Part shown: piece after piece, positions 51,909 through 63,281 of the stretch
Numbering within the stretch: position 1 is the stretch's first letter
How the letters are laid out: every line of letters begins with the position of its first letter
Assembly (NCBI GenBank): GCA_963924565.1
Contig: OZ004607.1
Location: 35,960,001-36,024,000, forward strand
DNA from: Ascidiella aspersa
Taxonomy: Eukaryota
Length of the DNA stretch: 64,000 nt
Direction: 5' to 3'
Program-made: the position numbers and the translations under genes
Notes under the pieces: model-generated
Seen by the model: only the letters and a program-made list of their open reading frames with translations
What the model was told of the DNA's origin: nothing
The model's database searches: none

Positions 51909-52037
51909 TAGGGCGACTATTTTTTCACTTTTATTTTTTTAAAGTCAAAATAAATTATTTTTAGGTCAAAATTTGTCAAAATTTTAGTTTTTCAGGTAAA
52001 AATTTCTTATTTTTTAGGTCAAAAAACATTCAGCCTA
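51909..52037. mobile_element. TAGGG-ended MITE, short copy
   Basis: TAGGGCGACTATTTTT / AAAAACATTCAGCCTA; TTTAGGTCAAAA repeats; TSD GTAATCAT/AGAATCAT (6/8). Confidence 0.7.
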
Positions 52038-52334
52038 AGAATCATACACGGCATCCCGACAATTTTATTCGGCATGCAATGAAAAAATATTCGTGCCTTT
52101 TTGCTGTACTATTGGTCGACCTATATTTCGCTATTTTCCCCCAGTGGTACATCAAATACATTCAAGCAGTGCGAACGCCCACCTCTGTTCATTGGCTCCC
52201 ACAGGTAAGTCTTCCCACCGAAGCTCCTTGTGTTGTACTTGGCGCACTGGGCGCGTCTTCCGTGTCTACGTTCGCCAGCGCAAGGCTGCAAGTAAAAAGT
52301 ATAAGTATATCGTTAGTTGTGTTGTGCCATATCT

Positions 52335-53555
52335 TATTCACTGCTTGACGGCTTGTCACTGACCAGATGTCGCACTTAAATTTAACATTAGTGTTTATTT
52401 TATCAGAATGGCCGTGTGGCTCGAACGCCAACGCTATAGGCTCAATCTGTAGCACAGCGGCTAGAGCAGGGGTTCTCAAAGTAATGGTCGCGACCCAAAT
52501 ATGGGTCGCGCAGGGTCAAAAAATGGGTCGCTCTATGGTGATTCATTCTTGCGGAAACTAACTTTTTTCGTTACATATTTTAAGTCTTTTAACTTCAATC
52601 ATTACTGAATAATTGCATAATAAGCATTTCAAGTTGCAACTGGTTTATTGCATTATAAATGGTTTTCTGAACGTTTTGATGATGGCAGCCAGCTAAGTAT
52701 AGTCATTCCCTATCCAACTACAGTAGCTGTTAAGGCTGGTGTTAAGCTGTAGCAGCACAGTTCATTTATTACTTTGTCTATTTTTTTGGAGGATTATTCT
52801 GCTAGCTGGTATTACACACACATACCTCCAAATTCTGTTAAACTAGCGTTATTATAGTCCAACTTAGTCACTGATAAACTTGGAATTAGAATTGAGAATA
52901 TTGTGCAATATTTATTCGCCATTTGAGGTCCTGGTCAGAAACTTGTCCGTTTCAGTTCGAGCTATCAGTTCGTTCCTTTCGATGCTAGCTATAGGTTTGT
53001 TCCTTTCGATGCTAGCTATAGGTTTGTTCCTTTCAACCATTAGTTGCAGGTAGTATTGTTAAAAGTAAAAACCCATCATTTGTTTATAATAAATCATTGT
53101 TTCATAGAACTGCGTAGGCTACAACATCTGGTTGTCTGTGTCTTTTTCTATTTCATGCATGTTACAAAAAAGTCAGAAAAAATACATTTTTTTGATGTTT
53201 GAGGCTTGGGTCGTGAGATGTTCACAAAACCTAGATTTGGGTCGCGCTCAAAAAAGTTTGAGAACCACAGCGCTAGAGGGTATACGCTAGATCGCTTCCT
53301 CTTAAAAATAACTACACTGTACCACACCACGCTCAAATTCAGACTGCCAGAGTGCCGGGGTTCTTTAGTTAACAGCAACTGCTGAATCTAAGGAATTGGC
53401 CTATAGCATTAAAACAAAGGCGGGGAAACAATTAGTGGTCATAAGTGAAAAACGCAAAAGTAGAAAGGCAACAGAACAAACAAAGTGAGGTGAAGTGGAT
53501 TAAACAAAACAAACAAAGTTCAATAAAGCAAACTAAAATATAATTTTGCATTGCA
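52335..53555 (+). repeat. Dispersed 330-bp repeat, copy 2, split by a MITE
   Basis: Halves 52335-52453 and 53292-53555 are contiguous in the copies at 32806 and 58452. Confidence 0.8.
52467..53270. mobile_element. hAT (Charlie-like) non-autonomous element, 804 bp
   Basis: TIR CAGGGGTTCTCAAA / TTTGAGAACCACAG; GGGTCGC repeats; TSD GGCTAGAG/CGCTAGAG; internal 27-bp tandem x3 at about 52961-53035. Confidence 0.9.
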
Positions 53556-54154
53556 TTGCAGTTGTTGTGAACCCGCTTTTTATCCTTGAATTGTTTTTTA
53601 ATGTGTTTTCTAGAGACAGACAGAGTGCCGTTATGACATGAGGGAATATTTTTATCTTTATTATCTATTATCTATTAAAAGGACTGACGTTGATTACATG
53701 CCAGAAAAGTCTGAAAAATATTTCTGTACTGATTTTAAGACGAATTTGTAGAGAGGCTGATTTTTACTTAACCTTGCGAATATTTTTTGGTTCTTTACGG
53801 TTTTAAATAAATACGGTTTTATTGTTTATACTTTTAAGAAATTGAGAGGCGCGGTTATAGCCCTTTTACAAGTATTTTCGCTGTTTATTGCATAACGGTG
53901 CAAAACATAATTAACAAAAGCGTTTTTTTTAATGCGAGTCTATTTTAGGTGGTTTGCTGTCCAACGTTGGATGAACAAGACACTGTTTAAACAAATTTTT
54001 AGTATTAAAAAAATATTCACTTGCTCTTGGTCTTGGAATATGCTTTATGACTGTTACAGTTCTTTGGCCGTAAAGTTAAGGGTCATTTATTTAGGGTTTA
54101 TGACTATTTCCCAAAGTTCTGTCCTCAACACCAAAGTTTAAACGACTAAAACTA

Positions 54155-54314
54155 GAAGGTCGCGAAAATAGTAAAAATTGTAGGACAAGGTCACAAAATA
54201 ATAAAAATGTCGCCCTAGGTCACAAAAATACTGTAAATGAGACCTCCTTTTATTTATTTATTTTTTTTTTGTATGAGACCCTTGCTGAAAAAGTAATAGA
54301 AATGTAGACCACTG
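54155..54314. mobile_element. MITE end fragment
   Basis: AGGTCRCRAAA three times, TGAGACC twice, terminal AGACCACTG; other end not identified. Confidence 0.45.
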
Positions 54315-57300
54315 AAATGCCAAACCGTGTCTACAGGCATTAAACAGGTTTACGATAGCTGAGTAGCAGATGGTGAATGCGTTCAAAAATCACTAGTTTA
54401 ATGACTTAAGTTCAATATAATTTGTCAAAAGTGCAACGTGTATTCAGTATTTTGAATAAGACAAATACGCCTATCAACAAAAAAGAAAAAAATTCCCAAG
54501 TTTTTAAATTGAGATACGCGAATTATATTTGCAGGATTTTTTTGCTAAACTACATTACATTTTTTTGGTGCGCGGAATATTTTTTCTAATTGCTCCAAAT
54601 ATTTCGTGAAAAATGATTAGAATGGTATGGCCCGTATGGGGATGATTTTGGCAAATTTGTTTATTTGTGCAATAACGTTACAAAAACGCAATTACATAAG
54701 GGCGTCCTTTCGTAATAAAATATTTTAACTTAGTGTACGCGCTTACAACGTAGGTTTAGAATGATTTCTTCAGACAGTAGCGTATTAAACTTTACCAAAA
54801 CACAATACTCGAAATCCAATGGTATGAACATAACAAATTGATTCGAAACAGTAATTTAAACGTTTTAGGAGTGGTAACTCAACGAAGCGTTTCTGGGAAG
54901 CAAGAAATCGACCTCTTATTGCAGTAACACTTTAGTGAAAGTATAGAAGAGTTGAACTTACGGCGTTTATGCAGGCCCGGTATTTCCTGTCTCCTCCCTC
55001 GCATTTTGGAGTCGTCTGATCAGACCGATCCAAAAGTTCACTAAAATAAATTACACACAATAAATGTAAAAAAAGTTATAGGATACAGCCAAAACTAAAT
55101 AAATTCGATAAATATGTATATTACGGTTGCTATGCACTACTATGATTAGAAAGGCCACAATAAGGTGTGTCTTCTTTCTATCGCCCTAATTTTATGTGAA
55201 AAAAATACGCCCGACGTTTTTTACCTGCGTTTACATACTAACTGTGAAATTCACTTGCTTGAACAAAGTGGCTATTCGATGGCTGTTGGGAAACAGACGA
55301 GCCTAGATTGGCAAGGACAAACGCATATATTCTAATCGCCTTAGCCAAAAAGTGGATAGCTTGCTTTGGTCGAATGTTTCAGGCACTTAGCTTGCTGGGA
55401 CACCCACAATGCTCAACAGTAATGCGATTCAAACGGGGCGTAGTTTCACAAATACCCTACTCGAGTAATTCACCAAACAAATTGTTTTACTTGTTTACTG
55501 TCCCCCGCTACTCACCCCGAGCGTTTCCCGATCGAGCGGCACTGCCGGAACTGCTCTCTAACGCCACCGCTACAAGTGCGGCTGCATTGCGACCAACCGC
55601 TCCATGTCGTCCAGGCGCTAGGTGGCGCTCGTGAGTCGACGTTGAGAGCTCTCTGATCCTGTAAAGCAGGAGTTGGCAATTAGTTTTGGAAGATCATTCA
55701 ACCGAATAAGGATAAGCGGCAAATCTTTTTTCTATAAGGATGTTTAAAAAATGCGCTGCTTTTAAACAAGTTAGCCTATGAGTAAATCAACATGACTTAA
55801 AACTTGGTCATAAGGTTGAATCTGTGACATAAACCTAGAAAGCAAATACATCAGTACTCTTTTAAATGTAGCTTACGCAAAGTGGTGAACCGGCGCACTT
55901 CGGTGCTCGATAAATTACATTTTTATAGCGACACTTGTGTAAATCCTTGTTCGAGTTTCCAATGATACTTCTACGCTTAACAAGACCACAAAAAATACAT
56001 ATCTAGTTGTTGCGGTTTATTTAGGCAACCTAAAAAGGACACCAGAATGGTTTTGCTTATATTCAGAGGCTTCATTAAATAAGGTAATAAAAAAGTGTGT
56101 TTAAATCGAAATTAAACTATCAGAACTATAAGGTTACGGCCTGCCATTAAATAATTATGTTTTTAATTTCAATTAACTTTTGTTGACTGCGCTCTGAACG
56201 CTATTTCCACCTTGTCAAGAACTGATAATAAGGGAAATTTTGTAAAAAAACAACATGGCTGGTTCGTCGTTTTGTTTGGCCAACAACTTACCCCGGTGGC
56301 GTCGAGGCTTTGGGCGCCGGGCCTCTGGGCCGCAGAAATGACGAGCAACGTGCATGACGTCATCAGCAATAGCAGAAACCCCGCGTTTTCTCCCAAGTTT
56401 GAGGCGGCATTTCCAAGAACTTTCGGCCGCATTTCTCTGCAAAGAAAAGCAACAGGTTGAGCCGGGGACGAAAAAAAAATTCCGGACGAAACCAGAAAAA
56501 GCGCAATTTGCGTTCAGCGTTAAGTAAACTGTGAGTTAAAGGCCAAAGTTGGTCACGCAAAACGTCATAGGTTTTCTGTTGTGTTTTTAGTAGCGCGTGG
56601 GCGAATTTGGCGAAACGAAAAACAAGTGTCCAATTCCGGCGGGCCTCTTGTAAAAGCGGAAGTGTGACCAGCTCGAAATTCGGTGAATTGGAAAGAATGC
56701 CACGATAGCAAGAACAAAAAACAACGCCATTTTTCCTACAACGTTAGCGATTTGAGATACCGTTAGAGTATATCGAAAATATTGTACCGTAAAAAAGAAA
56801 AAAAGGTCATATAATTCATCCACCAACAATATGTGGTTAAAATATTCTGTAAGGCAATTTTTTCAACTCTTCTGTCGGTCGAATATTCGGGGTCAACATC
56901 AAAGCGAATTTCAGCGCAGGCGTCAATTTCATACGTAGGATGGCAAAATAATCAATTACCCTTGGGACCAATCCGCTGGGAGTTTTTCAACGTCAAAAGG
57001 CGGCACAGGGAATGCATCATAAAGGTTGAGGAAATGTAGGTGTATATTATACATGTGCTATAAGCATGGAACTGATGTGGGCAGCAATATTTTATATATT
57101 GGGGTCCACAAGGAACAACTTGCACTGCTGGGCTTCAATTGGGTTACCACAAATGTATTTCGCACTATTTGTTTGTCAATACTACAGGATTCGGTCTTTA
57201 AAATAAGACCCTAATTTCTGTTAGTTTGGTGCCAAATTTCGCGTTTTGTGATTTCAATTTTAATTCTCATTTAGTCTATAAAGAACAGCATAGGAAAAAT

Positions 57301-57629
57301 CAGCTGGATTTACTTATTGATCCTACTCTGCGGTTAAAGGTACTTTCTCATTTTATTCTCACAAATCCGCTCTTAACCACCCTTTGGGGCCAACGAGCCA
57401 CAGGTTAAGTACCACTTCTTTATAGAGTTATAGTAACGTTTGGCGGTTATAAAGACTCCAGCTCAAGCATTTTTAGTATCAGACTGGTTATGTTTACAGC
57501 AGTACTAAGAGTGAGACACAAAAAATCCCTCTTAAATGCCCCATAGCTTCACACAGAGCAATTTTACGACACGGCGCCTTCCTGGCAAGTTCAGACAGAT
57601 TTCCGCCCAACAAATTCAAGCCTTTAACC

Positions 57630-58189
57630 CAGTGTTTCGCAACCTGTTTTGGCTTGCGGCACCCTGCAGAAAATATAAATAGTTTGCGGCACCCTTGCTT
57701 GTATTTTGCTGAGTGGTTAACTGCAACGTTAACATAAGCTAGATTGAAACAGCACATTTACTGTGCAACAAAGTTGAAACTTTTTAATTATATTGGCACT
57801 GTTATCGTTAACAAAAAAATTGTGTTAAGAAGCTTACTAATAGAGCAAAAATTGGAATCCTAAATGATTTGAAATATCTCTCGGCACCCTTGAGCGTTAA
57901 AGATGGCACCCTAGAGCAGTGTTTCTTAATCAGGTGAATGGTTCACCACAGGGTGAATACAATTTTTACAAAAGAGTGAATAAGGGGGAACCGTCAAAAA
58001 TGGATGATAGCTTGCGAAACAATTCGTTTAGGTCATTTTGGGCTCTAATATATAGACGAGATAGTTTTATCATATCATGAAACAATGGTTAATGAAATCT
58101 GGAGATATATGCTAGGGGTGAACAAAACTAAAAAAAGTTTAAGAAGCTCTGCCCTAGAGTGCCGCAGTGCCGCAGTACCCCGGCCTCTG
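57630..58189. mobile_element. hAT-type MITE (GGCACCC family), outer element of a nest
   Basis: CAGTGTTTCGCAACC start; partly deleted right end CCCCGGCCTCTG; TSD CTTTAACC/CTTTAACT. Confidence 0.85.
57917..58151. mobile_element. Nested hAT-type MITE (GGTGAA family)
   Basis: CAGTGTTTCTTAA / TTAAGAAGCTCTG ends; perfect TSD CCCTAGAG. Confidence 0.9.
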
Positions 58190-58269
58190 CTTTAACTTCA
58201 GCAGCGCTTTGAAGCGAAAGTGAAAGTGAAGCGATAAGCCAAGTTGACAGTTTAAAGCTACGCCGGATG

Positions 58270-58353
58270 ACATCAAAGGCCAAGGTCAGGTGCGGGGCTC
58301 GCCACGGGTCAGTGACCCCGCCGCCGAAGCAACAATAACCTGGTCACGGGTCA
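58270..58353. promoter_or_regulatory. Candidate enhancer: TCF + NR5A/ERR-type site + perfect IR1 + Sox + DR1-like
   Basis: ACATCAAAG 58270, CCAAGGTCA 58280, GGGTCAgTGACCC 58306, AACAAT 58331, TGGTCAcGGGTCA 58341. Confidence 0.55.
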
Positions 58354-58451
58354 GCGATCAGCGGTTAATGGCGCAATCGAGACTCGATTGATATCCGGTC
58401 CAATGTGTGTGTGTGGTGCTGGGGAAAGTGGTATTTGTGTTGCTTCTTATT

Positions 58452-58808
58452 TTATTCCTTGCATGCCGGCCTGTCACTGACCGGTTTTCGTTTTAAGTTA
58501 AACATTAGTATTTTTCGTTATTTAGAACCGCCGTGTCGCGCGAACGTCAACGTTAAGCTCAATCTGTAGCTTGCTTACTCATAAAAACAACACTGTACCA
58601 CACAAGGCTCAAAACCAGATTGCCTGGGTTCTTTAGTCTCAGCAGTTGTCAAAAATAAGGAATTGCCGTTTAGCGTTATGGGCGGAAAACAATTGGCTAT
58701 AAGTGGAAAACGCTAGAAAGGCAACAGAAGAAACAAATTGAGGTTTGAAGTGAATCGAACAAAACAAGAAAAAGTTAAATAAAGCTAACTAAAATATAAT
58801 TTTGCATT
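58452..58808 (+). repeat. Dispersed 330-bp repeat, copy 3, uninterrupted
   Basis: Aligns with copies 1 and 2. Confidence 0.8.
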
Positions 58809-59010
58809 ATATTTGTACCTGTGCATGCTTAAAGTTTGTAAACTACGCTAGACTTATGTTGCCATTGAAAATGGCTCCTGACAAAAACTAACTTTTCAAT
58901 TCGAAAATTGTATGTGATGTAAAAATGTATGCATACTCCGATTGTCAGTACTTCGTAGGTATCTAGAAAATAGGATGAATTTGAACATAAAACTCAAAAA
59001 GCTTTGACAT

Positions 59011-59165
59011 AGAATATATATCAAAGCCTATACACAAGGATGTCGCATTTTATGAACGTTTCAAATAAATATGTTTTTTATGATACATCCCGGAGCCCAT
59101 ATACAGTAGAAGCGTGTAGCAGTTGGTAAAGTTTCGAATAAATCTTTATTAATTTTTCAACAATC
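59011..59165 (-). mobile_element. Two decayed family E arms in tandem
   Basis: TATCAAAGCCTATACA..TGAACGTTTC and GTTTCGAATAAATCTTTATT..TTTCAACA match 49990-50058. Confidence 0.55.
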
Positions 59166-60540
59166 CTGTATTCGGTTTGATATTTTTCTACGTTCAACTT
59201 AACCTCTGACCAGTATGCTCCACATGGGTTTGGACATAAGAACATTGGGTTGTTTCGCATAAAATGACCATTAGAAACGCACCGTATTCAACATTTTTCA
59301 TTGAAAATCTTGTATGAAACATTGTATTGAACTATCAGTGGTCCAGGTCGACATTTATTAGCAAAGTTAATTTGCCATACTTGCAGTGTTTTTTGTATTG
59401 ACACTCATTTTAACAGGTTTAAAAACCTCGACACCAAAATACGTTGCAAATTGCGCCCATCTAATCTCATGGAAAACGCGTAAGAAATTAACAGTTAAAT
59501 GCCAAAATAGTTGTGACAAATCTTTATAAAACATGGACAAACATTTCTGTTCCTATTTATCAACATTTTATACTGAAGCCGGAAAATATCCATTCTTTAG
59601 TCTGATTCTACCCATTCCACTTCTGTTTCACCCCAAATCTTTAGTTGACAAACCTCACCCAAAAACTAAATTTTATGTAGAAGTAATAGACCAGTATGGT
59701 TTGACAATTACAAATTTGGCTTTTACTATTGCGTAAGTTTTGTGCAATTTTGGTATGCAGTACTACTAATGGAGGAGAAAAATATTTTGGCGAAAAATGT
59801 GGTTGCTCAAAATAACGGAATGTAATTCGGCACTAATGGTGGGCCTAATTGAATATTGGTACAACATGTTGATTATATTATTGTGCTAGGTAATTTGAAC
59901 CAAACCGAGTGGATTTTCCGCGAACCTATAGTGGATTTTCCTGGCCAAGGTGGCGTTTAAGGACAAGTTAAGTACATTTTACCCCGGGCTATCGGCAAAA
60001 CGTGTGAAACGTGGGGCGTGAGTCACAGTGTGGTAATAAGATAGGAATTATCGCGAAATATAACGAGCGCTTACAAGCAATCGAGGATTGGTACACGTTT
60101 TGTCAGTCATCACGTAATCCACAATACAGACCGTTTTAAGTGCTATTAATCACATAGATCGGTTCCAGATACCAGACAATTGCCGTATTACGAATGGTTT
60201 TGACTTTTAGTTCGCCATATTCACTGATGTTAGGTCACAATACGGTCCCAATACACACGTTGTGAATTGGGAATTAAACCGTCGTTTTCTTGCTATGATT
60301 CATAGTTCTCTGAGCTTCAGGGACTAACGATTGGCGCTTTATAGCTACAAGCAATTGGGAATTTCGGTCACTTTCAAATAAGGACTTCATGAAAAAGGGA
60401 AGTTCGGACTGTTCGGGAAGCTAATGACTCCAGTTTTGTAAAATTGTAATTCGCACTCAGCTATTTTTTAATTCGAAGTCTTGGTAACGTTGACGACAGG
60501 TTGTTGTTACAATTTAGCGCATTTCACATCGGTTTGCCTA

Positions 60541-60660
60541 TATATGTAAAAGGGAGCATTTTTATGGAATCCGCAACCATTGGCAGCAGGTTTCTGCTTG
60601 TCGATCACTGTTCCGCTGACGCGAATATTAACAATAAAACTCAAAGTTTAAAAACTCGAA
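60541..60660 (+). repeat. Second copy of the 100-bp dispersed repeat
   Basis: Matches 47821-47923. Confidence 0.8.
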
Positions 60661-61085
60661 AGTTTAAAACCCCTGGACCAGTCATAAACCTACCAAACTT
60701 TAGCATAACTTGATAATTTAATGCGACGGCGTATGTAGCCAAAAGCTGACTTCTTTTCATGGCCGTTATAAACGCCGGGAAATTTAAGACTATTTGCCGA
60801 AGAAGATGAATGTGTTTACCGAGCGAATTGTTGGAAATTAAGGGATTAAACAAATATCGGATAGCAGCACGCCTGCCTTCAATTTGCAGACAAACCATTG
60901 GTTTATTGCCTGGACATCACAGCTTTGTCAAAAAAAGGATAGGCCTTGATTTTGCAGGCTTATCCATTGCTATACTACTGTAAAATGTTAACAATTTTTT
61001 TCATGTTTAACCGTCATGCTATTTTTTTTTTAATTTACTTTTAAGTTTGAAAGTTTACTTACGGTAAACAAAATTGGCTCTATAA

Positions 61086-61355
61086 CAGTAGTTCTTAAAC
61101 TTTTTGAGACACGCCCTCCTTTTACAATTTTGACAAAACTCGCGCCCCACCTTGCTTCAAAATAAATAAAAAACGATAAGCAGAACAGCAATTTATTTCC
61201 AGGTAAGTTGCATTAATGCGAGAATGTAACTGTTTTTTGGATACCAAATGTTTAATTCGAGGATTACTAGCAGGGAAATATCACTTCGCCTTAATGTTTA
61301 GTCAAAATTCATACAGAGTTTGTCAATTTCTCGCGCCCCAGTTTAAGAACCACTG
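61086..61355. mobile_element. hAT-type MITE
   Basis: TIR CAGTAGTTCTTAAACT / AGTTTAAGAACCACTG; CTCGCGCCCC repeats; TSD CTCTATAA/CTCTGTAA. Confidence 0.9.
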
Positions 61356-63015
61356 CTCTGTAACCTGGAAAACACTACCTTAGTCCAATTTGCCTGTTTG
61401 ACCATAGTAATGACGTCATTTCGAATCGTATCGGACGGCCGTACGATTTGCCCAAAGTATTAGGTATCGGTATGGTAACAAAACACAAAATACCGGACCC
61501 CATAATCCTTTTGGTTAAACGGGCCAACTAAAAGGGTTAGGCTACCCTTATGCTACAATTCAGCGTTGAGCGTTTACGAAATACGTCATTCGAACCGTTC
61601 AGCAAAAATTCCAGGAATCTACTGACGGGCAAAACAAATGGCTTTATAATCGCCAGCTCCGATAAGCAACAGATGCAAAGGATTTTGCTTGTCAGGGAAG
61701 TAACGCGTTAAAACAGCCGCAGCGTGGCTTCCATTCACATTGGGCCGGCATTAATCTCAATGAGTGTCAGCATTGGGGCGTCAAAGGCGTCTTCTTTACG
61801 CAGGTGCGGTTAAGGCCTTTTCGTTGGACATATATTTGCAGAGTTTCAGATTCGCCGCGCGCTTTTTAATACTGATAGGTTGGCGTGGAATACATTTTTA
61901 TTTGCCGCTTAATTTTGGCCTTAAACTGTTTCTGGATTTTCCGTAGTTATTTGTCTTCAATTTTTTTGCAATATGTTCTCAGAGATTTACCTTTTAAAGC
62001 TCAAAATAAGACACAAATTAATTTGTTTTTTTACACTACTATAGGTTCCTTTACGTTTAAGCAGCTTATATATTTAATATCCAGGCGTAAGTTCCCTGAT
62101 CCTTCACCAGTTTTTTTACAATCATTCAAGGTAATAAAACACAACAATAAACACGTAGGGTCCGATTACTCCTGTTAGCCGGCACCAACCGTCTTATTTT
62201 ACTTTTTTGTTAAATTTGTCGTAAAATTTAATTCACAATTGAAAGTTAAGTTGCTAGCTGCTACACGTGCACCAACCTTTTATGAGTCGTTAGTTTCCCT
62301 CTAAAAAACGTCGTGTGAGGCGAAAGGGCGATTCTTCCAAACGGCGATACACTTCAAAGATGATTCTCGCACTTTAATCCGAGACCAAAAGGCAAATAAA
62401 TCCAGAGACGAGTGGCACTTTGATTAATAAGGAAGTCTTTTCTAGTGGCTCCACGAATCGTACTACGGCTTCAGATGTGGTTACGGCTCAAACCGTAGCC
62501 CTTTACAGTATATATATTGTGCAGTCGAAAAATAGCACGGCTTCCTACAACCTATATAAGGCACAAAAGGAACAGGACAAAGGGTGAGTTGTGGGCAAAT
62601 ATGCCTGGCTCCATGCGCTTTGTACGGTTTATATACGTCGGGGGTCAACATTTAACGTAAATAACCAAATATAGCCGCATCGCGATTTTCGTTTTTGGTC
62701 GGAAGATATGTAACATACAAACGCTATAGTCGCATTTCAGCGTTGTCAAACATTCAAACGTTCAAAGAAATTTGATACACCTCAAATTGAATTAATCGAT
62801 GTTTTTAATATAATAGAAAACAGAACAGTGTAAATGGCACGACATGTAACATAGAAACGCTAGAATTTTTCGGACATTTTATGAAATGAATTCCTAAATT
62901 CAAAGACCGTCCCAAGAAAACTCATTGGTTTTCAAATGCCCGAAATTGATTCACTCCACACTTTTTAAATACAGTTAGAAACAAAACAGTGTAAATGCTA
63001 TGATCGATACTACAG

Positions 63016-63246
63016 CAGAGATGTCCGATGCTTGACACTTTATTCCGATACCGATACCCGATATTTTAAACAAATATATCGAAATCCAACCGATACCAGA
63101 TGACGTCATAAATATGGCCAAAAAGGTCACACGTATAAGCTTAAACGTTATAAGGCAAGTTTACACGCTATTAGGCCAAAATTTGCTTCGACGTTAATAA
63201 GTTTAGTTAAGTCAAGTTGCAAACCGACTATTTTCAAAGCATTTAA

Positions 63247-63281
<35 letters not shown>

